Assembly (NCBI GenBank): GCA_947492885.1
Contig: CANLPK010000005.1
Location: 41 to 64,040 of the forward strand
DNA: 64,000 nt
Reading direction: 5' to 3'
Source of the DNA: Bacteroidota bacterium
GTDB taxonomy: Bacteria; Bacteroidota; Bacteroidia; UKL13-3
Shown here one piece after another: positions 18,390 to 28,023 of the stretch. A model generated the notes under the pieces. It worked only from the letters and a program-made list of their open reading frames with translations, had not been told where the DNA came from and did not search any database. A program made the translations under genes and the position numbers. Position 1 is the stretch's first letter. Every line of letters begins with the position of its first letter.

Positions 18390-19871
18390 ATGAATCGCAT
18401 CCTCGAAATAATTAAATACTCTTCTAGCCATATCATGGTTTTTAATTCGGTTTTATTCATCGGATTGTTCACTGCGTTTTATTTGATATATATTCTAATC
18501 TCAAATAAAATTACTGCCCGAAATATCGCACTCTTAATATTTAGCTTGTTCTTTTATTATAAATTGAGTGGGCTCTATATTATTTTGATGTGTGTGATTG
18601 CAGCCTCCGATTTTATTATAGGCAAAGCCATACTGGCAACTTCCAAAGAGAATAGGAAATTTAGTTTGCTACTCTTTTCATTGACATTGAATATTGGGAG
18701 TTTACTGTATTTCAAGTACACTGTTTTCTTCACCGGCCTTTTCAATACTGCTTTTGGTACCCAGCTTCATGCCCCCGTACTCTCTCTTTTAATGCCAATT
18801 GGCATTTCGTTTTACGTGTTTAAAAGCTTGTCGTATATCTTCGATTGTTATAACGAAATGATTGAAGAGCCGGAGAAAAATTATTTCGATTACTTATTAT
18901 ACGTATCGTTTTTTCCTAATATCATAGCGGGTCCCATCGTTAGGGCTCGCGATTTACTTCCTGCATTAAAGCTCGAATCAATATTTACTAGAGAAAGAAT
19001 GAGTCGTGCATTCTTTTTGTTGATGCTTGGAGTACTTAAAAAATATTTAGTTGCCGATTTCCTTTGGAATAATTTTGTTGAACGGGTATTTAACACACCT
19101 ACCTTGTTTACTGGATTGGAGAATTTGATTGCAGTTTATATGGGTGCGGTACAATTTTACTACGATTTTTCGGGCTATACCGATATGATGATGGGAATAT
19201 CATTGCTACTTGGTTTTGATATTGCCAATAATTTCAATCGTCCCTTCATGGCACAAAATATTACCGATTTATGGAGGAGATGGCATATCACACTCTCCAC
19301 TTGGTTGAGCGAATATGTATTCACTCCCTTGAATTATTCGTTACGTAAATTTAAAAAGGGGGGTGTGGTATTTGCAAGTATCCTCACATTTATTATTTCC
19401 GGAATATGGCATGGCCCGCGTTTAACCTATATTTTATGGGGTGCCATGCATGGATTGGCTATTGGGTGGGATGTAGCATCTCAGGATTTACGGCGTGGAT
19501 GGAAATCAAAATTATCACCGAATGGGTATCGTTTCATAAGTATTTTTTTAACGTTTCATTTTGTTGTTTTTACCATTGTAATTTTCGATGCTCCCGATTT
19601 ATTTTATGCGGGTGATATGTATCGCATGATTTTCACACAAACCAATTTTAGTTTGTTTGGGCAATGGATATCAATATACTGGGGCGTATTTGTGATATTT
19701 TTTATTGCACTCTTTTTGCAGTTCACGCCACCAATCTGGAAGCAGCATCTAATCAAGGGGTTTGATTCATTGCATTTTCTGCTCAAAGTGATTGTTGTTT
19801 TCTTAGTTATATTGTTTGTGATTCAGTTTTATAATTCGGAAGCACAGAATTTCATCTATTTGAAATTCTAA
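18390..19871 (+). CDS. MBOAT-family membrane O-acyltransferase (DltB/AlgI/PatA-like)
   Basis: Polytopic membrane protein of 493 aa. Conserved His region ISGIWHGPRLTYILWGAMHG and WRRWHITLSTWL, typical of bacterial MBOATs. Confidence 0.88.
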   Translation: MNRILEIIKYSSSHIMVFNSVLFIGLFTAFYLIYILISNKITARNIALLIFSLFFYYKLSGLYIILMCVIAASDFIIGKAILATSKENRKFSLLLFSLTLNIGSLLYFKYTVFFTGLFNTAFGTQLHAPVLSLLMPIGISFYVFKSLSYIFDCYNEMIEEPEKNYFDYLLYVSFFPNIIAGPIVRARDLLPALKLESIFTRERMSRAFFLLMLGVLKKYLVADFLWNNFVERVFNTPTLFTGLENLIAVYMGAVQFYYDFSGYTDMMMGISLLLGFDIANNFNRPFMAQNITDLWRRWHITLSTWLSEYVFTPLNYSLRKFKKGGVVFASILTFIISGIWHGPRLTYILWGAMHGLAIGWDVASQDLRRGWKSKLSPNGYRFISIFLTFHFVVFTIVIFDAPDLFYAGDMYRMIFTQTNFSLFGQWISIYWGVFVIFFIALFLQFTPPIWKQHLIKGFDSLHFLLKVIVVFLVILFVIQFYNSEAQNFIYLKF

Positions 19872-19883
19872 TACCGTATTTTC

Positions 19884-20636
19884 TTGTTGTCACAATTCCA
19901 ATTTGTTTTATCTTCGTACCCAAAGGTGAAATCAATAATCATTGCAATCGACGGTTATTCTGGATGCGGTAAAAGCACCTTAGCGAAGGCATTGGCGGCC
20001 AGTCTCAATTATCGATATATTGATACAGGCGCTATGTACAGGGCTGTTACACTCTATATCCTTGAGAACAATATTGAGATCGAAAATGCTCAAGAGGTGG
20101 CATCAGCCCTCGAAAATATCAATATCTCATTTCATGTAAATCCAAGCAATAACCAAACAGATACTTTTCTAAATGGGGAAGATCGGGAGGTGGCCATTAG
20201 AACTTTACGTGTTGCTAATTTTGTGAGCCCCGTGAGCGCAATTAGTGCGGTGCGTATGTTTTTGGTGAAGCAGCAACAGCTCATGGGCGACCATCGTGCT
20301 TTGGTAATGGATGGCAGAGATATTGGTACTGTTGTATTTCCCGATGCTGAATTGAAAATATTCATGACTGCGAATGATGAGGTGCGAATTCAGCGCCGAC
20401 TCGATGAGATGCAATCGAAAGGGCAATTGGGTAATTACGACGACGTGGCAGCCAATTTAAAAACCCGCGATTTGATTGATACAACGCGAATTGACAGCCC
20501 ACTGATGAAAGCAGCGGATGCCATTGAGATTGACAACTCTGAACTAACTCGGGACGAACAATTTGAATTGGTTTATAATATGGCCATGGAGAAAATTAAA
20601 AATGGAGGAGCCCCTCAAAAAACGTCTTCTTACTAA
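19884..20636 (+). CDS. cmk: Cytidylate kinase
   Basis: IIIAIDGYSGCGKSTLAKALA and YIDTGAMYRAVT motifs. The true start is probably GTG at 19926, giving MKSIIIAIDG. Confidence 0.9.
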   Translation: MLSQFQFVLSSYPKVKSIIIAIDGYSGCGKSTLAKALAASLNYRYIDTGAMYRAVTLYILENNIEIENAQEVASALENINISFHVNPSNNQTDTFLNGEDREVAIRTLRVANFVSPVSAISAVRMFLVKQQQLMGDHRALVMDGRDIGTVVFPDAELKIFMTANDEVRIQRRLDEMQSKGQLGNYDDVAANLKTRDLIDTTRIDSPLMKAADAIEIDNSELTRDEQFELVYNMAMEKIKNGGAPQKTSSY

Positions 20637-20677
20637 AAATCATATAGTAGCACTCAGTTCTTCAAGCACAATTTTCC

Positions 20678-22051
20678 ATGAAATATTTATTATTGCTGCT
20701 ACTGCTTTCTGTTTTACATACCAGTGCAGAAATAACAATCATCGTAAATAAATACCCCAAAGGATCTACAGAAATTTTTGTTGCAGGTTCATTTAATCAA
20801 TGGAATCCTTCAATGATAGAATACCAGATGATAAAATCAAATGGTATTTATTATCTAAAAATAAATCAGAAGTCAGCCTTTGAATTTAAGTTTACCCAAG
20901 GGAGCTGGGTCCAGTGTGAAGTGAATGCCGATGGTTCGCAAAAGGCCAATCGTGTTTTTCAACCAACTAATTTAATTGATACGATTTGGTTAAGCATCGA
21001 GAAGTGGTCGAAAGGGTCAATTCAACTGCCACTTAAACCAACAGCGCAAAAAAATGTACGCGTGTGGGAGGATTTCTACATGCCTCAACTCCAACGAAAT
21101 CGAACCATCCGAATTTTATTGCCTTTAGATTATTCGAAAAGCAAGAAGCGATACCCAGTAATTTATTTGCAAGATGGTCAGAATGTTTTCGACCAGACTA
21201 CCGCTGCCAATGGCAACGAATGGGGAGTTGATGAAACGATGAACGCAATGCAAAAGCATGGAGGTTTTGGATGCATCGTTGTCGCCATCGATCATGGGGG
21301 AGCCTTAAGATCGAAGGAGTATATTCCGTTTAATACCAAAAGGTTTGGTGAGAGTCAAGGAAAAGCCTATGCCGAATTTGTTGCTATGACATTGAAACCG
21401 GCAATTGATAGTGCTTTCCGAACTTTGTCATCTCCACTTTTTAATGGAATAGGAGGGAGTAGTCTTGGCGCCAATATTTCACAATACATTGCATTTAAAT
21501 ACCCCGATAAATTTGGAAAGGTACTCTTACTCTCTCCCGCATATTGGGTTTCTGATAGCAGTTATCTAATGATTCCAGAAAGCAATCCACCCCGACTCAT
21601 GCGCCTGGTGATGCGATGTGCAGCCTTCGAAGGAGGCGATTCGGAAACGGGTGTCAATATGCTTCGAATGCGTGATACCTTGTTCCATCATGGATTTTAT
21701 AAAGGTGATATTTCCGACTCAGTTGTCGCCGATGGAGCGCATAATGAGTGGTTTTGGAAACGTGAATTTCAAAGTGCATTTATTGCACTATATGATCAAT
21801 GGATTCCGTTAGGGAAGTTGAAAAGGGATTTGAGTATTGTTCCGAATTATCGAGTAAATAAAACGATGGACTTATCTTACTCAAATGTGATTATCGAACC
21901 GATGCATCTAAGAGGGTTTCTTTATCAAAAAGGCAAACAGAATAATCTTTGGATCTCGGGATACTATCAGGGCGATATTCAAATTTTGATATTGAGTAAG
22001 GAGGTGGTTTATTATAAAACAATAAAATATAATTCTCTTCCATCCGAATAG
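20678..22051 (+). CDS. Secreted esterase-family alpha/beta hydrolase with an N-terminal CBM48/E-set-like domain
   Basis: Signal peptide. VAGSFNQWNP (glycogen-binding-module-like), YPVIYLQDGQNVFD, and nucleophile elbow GGSSLGA (GxSxG). Confidence 0.65.
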   Translation: MKYLLLLLLLSVLHTSAEITIIVNKYPKGSTEIFVAGSFNQWNPSMIEYQMIKSNGIYYLKINQKSAFEFKFTQGSWVQCEVNADGSQKANRVFQPTNLIDTIWLSIEKWSKGSIQLPLKPTAQKNVRVWEDFYMPQLQRNRTIRILLPLDYSKSKKRYPVIYLQDGQNVFDQTTAANGNEWGVDETMNAMQKHGGFGCIVVAIDHGGALRSKEYIPFNTKRFGESQGKAYAEFVAMTLKPAIDSAFRTLSSPLFNGIGGSSLGANISQYIAFKYPDKFGKVLLLSPAYWVSDSSYLMIPESNPPRLMRLVMRCAAFEGGDSETGVNMLRMRDTLFHHGFYKGDISDSVVADGAHNEWFWKREFQSAFIALYDQWIPLGKLKRDLSIVPNYRVNKTMDLSYSNVIIEPMHLRGFLYQKGKQNNLWISGYYQGDIQILILSKEVVYYKTIKYNSLPSE

Positions 22052-22125
22052 CCTGTCAGAACACAGTTCTTGCAAGTTTTAATATTCCATTCGCATCTTC
22101 CTTCTTGTTTCAGTATTTTTGCGCC

Positions 22126-23163
22126 ATGTTTGAAAATAATTCACGTACTGAAATCAGTGAGCTCGGAGAATTTGGTTTGATAAAACGACTCACCGAAGGA
22201 AATCAATTAAAGAAAGAATCTTCACTGATGGGAGTAGGCGACGATTGTGCCGTAATTGATGCTGGCGCAGGAATGAGTAAGGTAGTTACTACCGACATGC
22301 TTGTAGAAGGTGTTCATTTCGATTTGAGCTATACTCCCTTAAAGCATTTGGGTTATAAATCGGTTGTAGCGAGCTTAAGCGATGTATATGCCATGAATGC
22401 TACTCCTGAGCAAATTACAGTAAGTGTTGCCATGAGTAATCGTTTCAGTGTGGAAGCAATGGAAGAATTGTATGAAGGAATTTATTTAGCCTGTGATAAA
22501 TATGGAGTGGATTTAGTTGGTGGCGATACAAGCAATAACAAACAAGGCTTAATGATTAGCGTTACTGCTATTGGTACTGCCAAGACAGAAGACATTATTT
22601 ATCGTAATGGAGCCCAAGAAAACGATTTGATTTGTGTTACAGGCGACCTAGGAGCCGCTTATATGGGATTGCAAATTCTAGAAAGAGAGAAGCGAATTTT
22701 CCTCGAAAATCCTAATGTTCAGCCCGATATTCAGAATTATGATTTCATTGTAGGTCGTCAGCTAAAACCTGAATGTGCTAATAAAGAATTGGCTGCTTTA
22801 AATATTGCAGGCATCAAACCTACGAGCATGATTGATATTAGTGATGGTCTTGCCTCAGAGTTATTTCATATTGCAGAGAAATCGGGAATAGGTGTGGTGA
22901 TTTATGAGGAAAAACTTCCTATCGATCAGCAAACATTTGATACTGCCATCGAATTAAACCTAAATCCTCCAACAGTGGCATTTAGTGGCGGTGAAGATTA
23001 TGAATTATTATTCACCATCAAGCAAGCCGATTTCGAAAAAATAAAAGGTATCAAGGATGTTCATGTGATAGGCTATTGTGCTCCTGCTATCGAAGGAATG
23101 TATAGCTTCACAAAAAGTGGCACGAAGCTTAGCCTCGAAAAACAAGGCTATAAAGCATTCTAA
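22126..23163 (+). CDS. thiL: Thiamine-monophosphate kinase
   Basis: ISELGEFGLIKRL, GDDCAVI, LVEGVHF, GGDT and SGGEDYELLFT motifs of the AIR-synthase-related family. Confidence 0.88.
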   Translation: MFENNSRTEISELGEFGLIKRLTEGNQLKKESSLMGVGDDCAVIDAGAGMSKVVTTDMLVEGVHFDLSYTPLKHLGYKSVVASLSDVYAMNATPEQITVSVAMSNRFSVEAMEELYEGIYLACDKYGVDLVGGDTSNNKQGLMISVTAIGTAKTEDIIYRNGAQENDLICVTGDLGAAYMGLQILEREKRIFLENPNVQPDIQNYDFIVGRQLKPECANKELAALNIAGIKPTSMIDISDGLASELFHIAEKSGIGVVIYEEKLPIDQQTFDTAIELNLNPPTVAFSGGEDYELLFTIKQADFEKIKGIKDVHVIGYCAPAIEGMYSFTKSGTKLSLEKQGYKAF

Positions 23164-24437
23164 TTTAGATTTTCAAAATCGATATCACATTGAAGTGCTT
23201 TTCGCATGGTTCGCGATTTCAATAAGCATTCATGATATTCCTGCTCTGCATCGGCATCATAGGTGATGGCACTGCCAACATGCAATGACATATATTTCAA
23301 TAGCTCATTGTAAACGATACTTCTGATGACCACATTGAAATCGAAGTCTTTATTGGGTGCAATATAACCTACACTACCACTAAAAATTCCTCTCGCCGAT
23401 TGTTCTAGTTCATCAATCATATGCATCACTTCTCGTTTTGGAGCCCCTGTCATACTTCCCATTGGAAAGGTGTTTTTCAGTATTTCGTCAAATGAAATAT
23501 CTGATACAAGGGATGCACTTACTGTTGAAATTAATTGGTGTACGGTTGCAAAAGTATATAAGCCAAGGAGCTCTTCTGCTTTAACAGAGCCTGTTTCAGC
23601 GCATCTTGCCAAATCGTTGCGCATCAAATCAACAATCATAATATTCTCTGCACGCTCTTTTTCGCTTTGTAGTAATCGTGTTTTTAAGTGCTCGTCCTCG
23701 CTGGGGTCGGTGCTTCTTCTGATGGTTCCTTTTATGGGTTGTGCTATTATTTGTTGAGCGGTGCGTTTTAAAAATCTTTCAGGGCTTGCACTCAATAAAT
23801 ATTTTTTGTCATGCTTTACATACGCAGCAAAGGGAGTAGGTGATATTTGATTGAGACGTTGAAACACATGAGGGGGTGATATTTGCGAATCAAGGGAGAA
23901 GAAGTCCATACAAAAGTTGATCTCATAAAAATCACCAGCTACAATTTTATCTTTTATCTTTTCAATATTCTGGATATAATGCTCTTTCGAAATACGAGGT
24001 TGTAACGCTTTTATTGATGGTGTTTCATTGGGGATATTAAACGCTAGTATATCATTCAAAATAGATGCATTGCCTCCAATAATTTCTAAATCAAGGCTAT
24101 TGCGTTTTACATAAAATAAAATCTGAGGCTCGAAGAAGAAGCATCCAGAAAAGCCTGTGGGCGTGCCTTTCAGAATATCAATGCCATGCAAATTATGTTT
24201 GTATTCATAGGTGAGATACCCCAATTTCCAATATTCATTTTGGTCAATATTCTCTGTGCTGGTGTATTCCTTCGTTCCATGATTGGCAAATCCAGCAATA
24301 AATTCATAGGTATCGTAATGGCATGCCGACTCGCATTGATTGGATTTTAAGATGCATGCATAATCGTACCGACTGCCCCAAAATGGAAGCAGATCTTGCA
24401 GCTGTTGGAGTTGCTCGTATGTAATTGAAACAATCAA
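23160..24437 (-). CDS. pabB: Aminodeoxychorismate synthase component I (chorismate-binding enzyme)
   Basis: PIKGTIRRS (the Lys-containing PIKGT form typical of PabB), ENIMIVDLMRNDL and PMGSMTGAPK motifs. Confidence 0.78.
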   Translation of the reverse strand: MIVSITYEQLQQLQDLLPFWGSRYDYACILKSNQCESACHYDTYEFIAGFANHGTKEYTSTENIDQNEYWKLGYLTYEYKHNLHGIDILKGTPTGFSGCFFFEPQILFYVKRNSLDLEIIGGNASILNDILAFNIPNETPSIKALQPRISKEHYIQNIEKIKDKIVAGDFYEINFCMDFFSLDSQISPPHVFQRLNQISPTPFAAYVKHDKKYLLSASPERFLKRTAQQIIAQPIKGTIRRSTDPSEDEHLKTRLLQSEKERAENIMIVDLMRNDLARCAETGSVKAEELLGLYTFATVHQLISTVSASLVSDISFDEILKNTFPMGSMTGAPKREVMHMIDELEQSARGIFSGSVGYIAPNKDFDFNVVIRSIVYNELLKYMSLHVGSAITYDADAEQEYHECLLKSRTMRKALQCDIDFENLN

Positions 24438-25651
24438 TGCGTGCGTCGTTGAAGCTCTTGCTTGATGAGTCCAAGCTCACGACCCACCTGCCCTTTAACA
24501 CTACTGTTTTCCTGAGCCCGACGAGAGAGATATGGAAGCACAGCCAGCACAGGGCCATAAGGCACATACTTCGCTACATTATAACCCGAGGCCGCCAAAT
24601 TAAAACTAATATGATCGCTCATGCCCAGGAGCTGTGCGAAGAAAATGCGAGGGTCGTCTTTGGCAATATTTTTTTCTTGCATCCACTGTGTGAGTTTTAA
24701 GCTACTGTCTTCGTTATGTGTGCCAGCACAAATAGAGATGCGATTGTTGCCCAAACAGAAATACACAGCATCATTGAAATCCTTATCGCTGCTTTCCTTA
24801 TCGGGCTGTATTGGCGAAGGGTAACCCATTTGAAGGGCGCGTTCGCGTTCCTTTTCCATATAGGCACCACGCACAATTTTTAATCCTATTTGAAATTGAT
24901 TTGATTCTGCAATCGACAAGAGTCGCTTGGTATATGAAACACGATCGTGGCGATACATTTGAATGGTATTAAAAATGAAAGCTTTGTCTTTGTTGAGTTG
25001 AAGCATCATTCCTTCTACCCAGGCATCAATGGTATCCTGAATCCAGGTTTCTTCAGCATCAACAAATAAACGAATGCCAGCGCTGGCTGCTTTCTCACAT
25101 ATGGCTTTAAAACGCTCGAAGGCTTTCTGAATTTCTTCCATCTCTGCTGGAGTCAATGAGGCTTTCAAGTCGTCGATTGCAAGAAATTGCCCAGCTTCTA
25201 GAGCTCTATGGTAAACGGGATTGGCTTTTTCAAGTAAAGAAAAACGTGCAATTCCAGTGGTTTTGAACACACTAAATGCAATGGCAGGATTCGATTTTGC
25301 CGCTTCAATGGTGCGAATTATTTCGTCGCGGGTATAGTTGAAGTTCTCTTCATTCTCTTCCCCTTCCACGCTATAATCTAAAATTGCTTTTACTTTCGAT
25401 TCATCTAAGGAAGCCACCACCTCCATTGATTCGGTAATATTTTCGCCACCGCAAAACTGACTAAAAATAGTGTTCTTTACAATGCTTCGAACCAACGGGA
25501 AATGCCAACGCAGGGCATTGGCCGCAAGTAACGGTCCTTGTTGCACTACCCATGGGTAATTAAAACTCTTAAACAACCACGACGCTTTTTTTAATGAACG
25601 ACTGCTTTTGTTTCTGAATGCTATTTCGGTATCTGAAAAATTCAATGACAT
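24434..25651 (-). CDS. Monofunctional proline dehydrogenase
   Basis: Start taken at MSLNFSDTEIAF. FVDAEETWIQD, QMYRHD and VPYGP segments match the PutA PRODH barrel. Confidence 0.78.
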   Translation of the reverse strand: MSLNFSDTEIAFRNKSSRSLKKASWLFKSFNYPWVVQQGPLLAANALRWHFPLVRSIVKNTIFSQFCGGENITESMEVVASLDESKVKAILDYSVEGEENEENFNYTRDEIIRTIEAAKSNPAIAFSVFKTTGIARFSLLEKANPVYHRALEAGQFLAIDDLKASLTPAEMEEIQKAFERFKAICEKAASAGIRLFVDAEETWIQDTIDAWVEGMMLQLNKDKAFIFNTIQMYRHDRVSYTKRLLSIAESNQFQIGLKIVRGAYMEKERERALQMGYPSPIQPDKESSDKDFNDAVYFCLGNNRISICAGTHNEDSSLKLTQWMQEKNIAKDDPRIFFAQLLGMSDHISFNLAASGYNVAKYVPYGPVLAVLPYLSRRAQENSSVKGQVGRELGLIKQELQRRTH

Positions 25652-25740
25652 AGTGATGAAATGGGTACAAAAGTAAATTAAATATGTTTTTAAATCCAAC
25701 CTCTTTTTTTCTTTAATTTCGTTGCTTAATTATACATCAA

Positions 25741-26769
25741 ATGCAAATAAAATACGGACTCAATTCCTTGCCATCTTTACTCAAGTCAACTGGGGCTACA
25801 AGCGTATTTGTATTGGTTGATGAGCATACCGCGAAGCATTGTTTGCCACTCATTAAGAAACATATACCAGTATTTACTAAAATAAGTATCAAGAGTGGTG
25901 AGTCGAATAAGAATTTGCAAACCTGTGAAAAGGTATGGCAGACTTTAATTCAGAAAAATGCCGACCGTCATTCGTTACTCATCAATTTAGGAGGTGGTGT
26001 CGTTACCGATTTGGGCTCCTTTTGTGCTTCGGTATATATGCGTGGAATTCGATTTATCAATATTCCTACCACCCTGCTTGCCATGGTTGATGCATCAATA
26101 GGCGGTAAAACTGGAATTGATTATCTCGCTTATAAAAATATGATTGGCTCATTCGCCAATCCAGAAGCTATCTGTATTGATACTATATTTTTGAAAACAT
26201 TGCCTGCTCCTCAACTGCTATCGGCATCAGCAGAAATATTTAAGCATGCCATACTTCAAGGCCGCAATGAAACGAAGATTCATCTTGAGAAAAAATTCAG
26301 CACCTTTTCGGATGAAAATATTCTCTCATGTATTAAGAAGTCGGTGAAGTATAAACTGAGTATTGTTGCTAGCGATCCCAAAGAAGCTGGCGATCGAAAA
26401 AAACTCAACTTGGGTCATACAATAGGTCATGCATTAGAAAGTTATATGATGTTGTATCATAAGCCCATGCTGCATGGTGAAGCAATAGCCTTGGGATTGT
26501 TGGCGGAAGCTTTTATTGCCCATAGCGACTTCGATTTAGATTATAATGAATTTTTAAAGACCGTATTTTGGTACGATCTGAACTTCAAAAAGCCATCGCT
26601 TGAAAGCGTGAATCTGAATACTCTCATTAAGCTTATGCGAAAAGATAAGAAGAACCGAGGTGCTACTATACGCATGGTGCTTCCCGTTGGAAGTGGTAAG
26701 GTACGCACCGATATTGAGGTTGCAGAGAAACAAATTATGGATGGACTGAAATTTGTAATGGCATTTTAA
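25741..26769 (+). CDS. aroB: 3-dehydroquinate synthase
   Basis: LGGGVVTDLGSF, DASIGGKTGID and GHTIGHALE metal/NAD motifs. Confidence 0.9.
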   Translation: MQIKYGLNSLPSLLKSTGATSVFVLVDEHTAKHCLPLIKKHIPVFTKISIKSGESNKNLQTCEKVWQTLIQKNADRHSLLINLGGGVVTDLGSFCASVYMRGIRFINIPTTLLAMVDASIGGKTGIDYLAYKNMIGSFANPEAICIDTIFLKTLPAPQLLSASAEIFKHAILQGRNETKIHLEKKFSTFSDENILSCIKKSVKYKLSIVASDPKEAGDRKKLNLGHTIGHALESYMMLYHKPMLHGEAIALGLLAEAFIAHSDFDLDYNEFLKTVFWYDLNFKKPSLESVNLNTLIKLMRKDKKNRGATIRMVLPVGSGKVRTDIEVAEKQIMDGLKFVMAF

Positions 26770-26771
26770 AA

Positions 26772-27965
26772 ATGTATTCAGTTCAATTACCTAAAAGCAA
26801 AAGCATTTTAAATCGCTGTTTGATTTTGTCGGCACTTACCAAATATGCTCCGGTTTACTTGCCTCCCGACAATGAATTGCCCAACGATGTGTTGGTGATG
26901 AAGCGATTATTGTTTGATAATTTAACGAATGAATTTAATGTTGAAGATGCTGGTACAGTGTTCCGATTTTTGACTGCCTATCTTAGTATTATAGAAGGCA
27001 CCCATCGAATTTATGGTACCCAAAAATTAAATGAACGCCCAATACAACCATTGGTAAAAGCATTGCTAGCCTTGGGTGGTAGTATAGAAAATGAAAATAT
27101 CGATGGTAATGCGCCACTAATTATTCGTGGTGCATCGATTCAGGGTGGTGATATTTCTCTAGACGCGGGAATGAGTAGTCAGTTTTTAAGCGCCTTGATG
27201 CTCATTGCTCCAATGCTTTCTAATGGATTGCGAATTCATCTCGAAAAATTAACCTCTTCTCCATATATTAATATTACCGCTGAATGCCTCAGATGGTTTG
27301 GTGCTCGAGTTTCACAGCGAGCCCATGTTATCGAAATTCAAACTGGTTGTCCTGATACTGCAAAAGCGCTCAGTATCGACGATATAGAATCTGACTGGAG
27401 TAGTGCGGCATTCTGGTATTCGTTGAGTGCCGTTACAGGTAAAGCTTTTGAACTTCACGGACTAAAAGAAGAAAGTGTTCAAGGTGATAAGGCCTGTATT
27501 CATTTATTCAAAAGCTTGGGAGTTGTTACCCAATTTACAGCAACAGGAATTATCATTAACAAAACTGAAGCTGCTCATATTGCACCTGAATTTAATTTAG
27601 TGGATTGCCCAGATATTGCTCCTGCACTCGTTGTGGCCTGTGCATTGCTTAAAATGGATGCAAAATTCAATGGCCTGAGATCCTTGGCTTATAAAGAGTC
27701 GAACCGATTGCTTTCATTAGAGGTGGAACTTAAAAAGTTGGGTGTTCATTTCTTGAATGCTAATGAAACATGGGAATTGAAAACGGAAAGCCTTCAATTG
27801 AAACCCTTGCAATTAAATACCTATCTCGATCATCGTATGGCCATGGCCTTTGCAAGTGCTCAAGCGGTATATCCGGAGATTACAATAGAAAACCCCGATT
27901 GTGTTTCTAAATCATATCCAATGTTCTGGCTAGAATTTAACCGCATCTTTAGAAATGGAAAATAG
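26772..27965 (+). CDS. aroA: 3-phosphoshikimate 1-carboxyvinyltransferase (EPSP synthase)
   Basis: LPKSKSILNR, AGTVFRFL, ESNR and DHRMAMAF motifs. Lies 2 nt after aroB. Confidence 0.9.
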   Translation: MYSVQLPKSKSILNRCLILSALTKYAPVYLPPDNELPNDVLVMKRLLFDNLTNEFNVEDAGTVFRFLTAYLSIIEGTHRIYGTQKLNERPIQPLVKALLALGGSIENENIDGNAPLIIRGASIQGGDISLDAGMSSQFLSALMLIAPMLSNGLRIHLEKLTSSPYINITAECLRWFGARVSQRAHVIEIQTGCPDTAKALSIDDIESDWSSAAFWYSLSAVTGKAFELHGLKEESVQGDKACIHLFKSLGVVTQFTATGIIINKTEAAHIAPEFNLVDCPDIAPALVVACALLKMDAKFNGLRSLAYKESNRLLSLEVELKKLGVHFLNANETWELKTESLQLKPLQLNTYLDHRMAMAFASAQAVYPEITIENPDCVSKSYPMFWLEFNRIFRNGK

Positions 27966-28023
27966 TGCAGGCTTCCAGGTTTATCCCCTTGTGATCCAAT
28001 TCAAATACTCTTAATTTGCAAGT

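Noticed and set aside
22052-22125. A possible TPP riboswitch ahead of thiL, and a possible Mn (yybP-ykoY) riboswitch ahead of the TerC gene at 37000.
   Set aside because: The thiL leader is only about 74 nt and lacks the conserved CUGAGA / ACCUGA elements. The TerC gene starts 4 nt after miaA, leaving no room for a leader.
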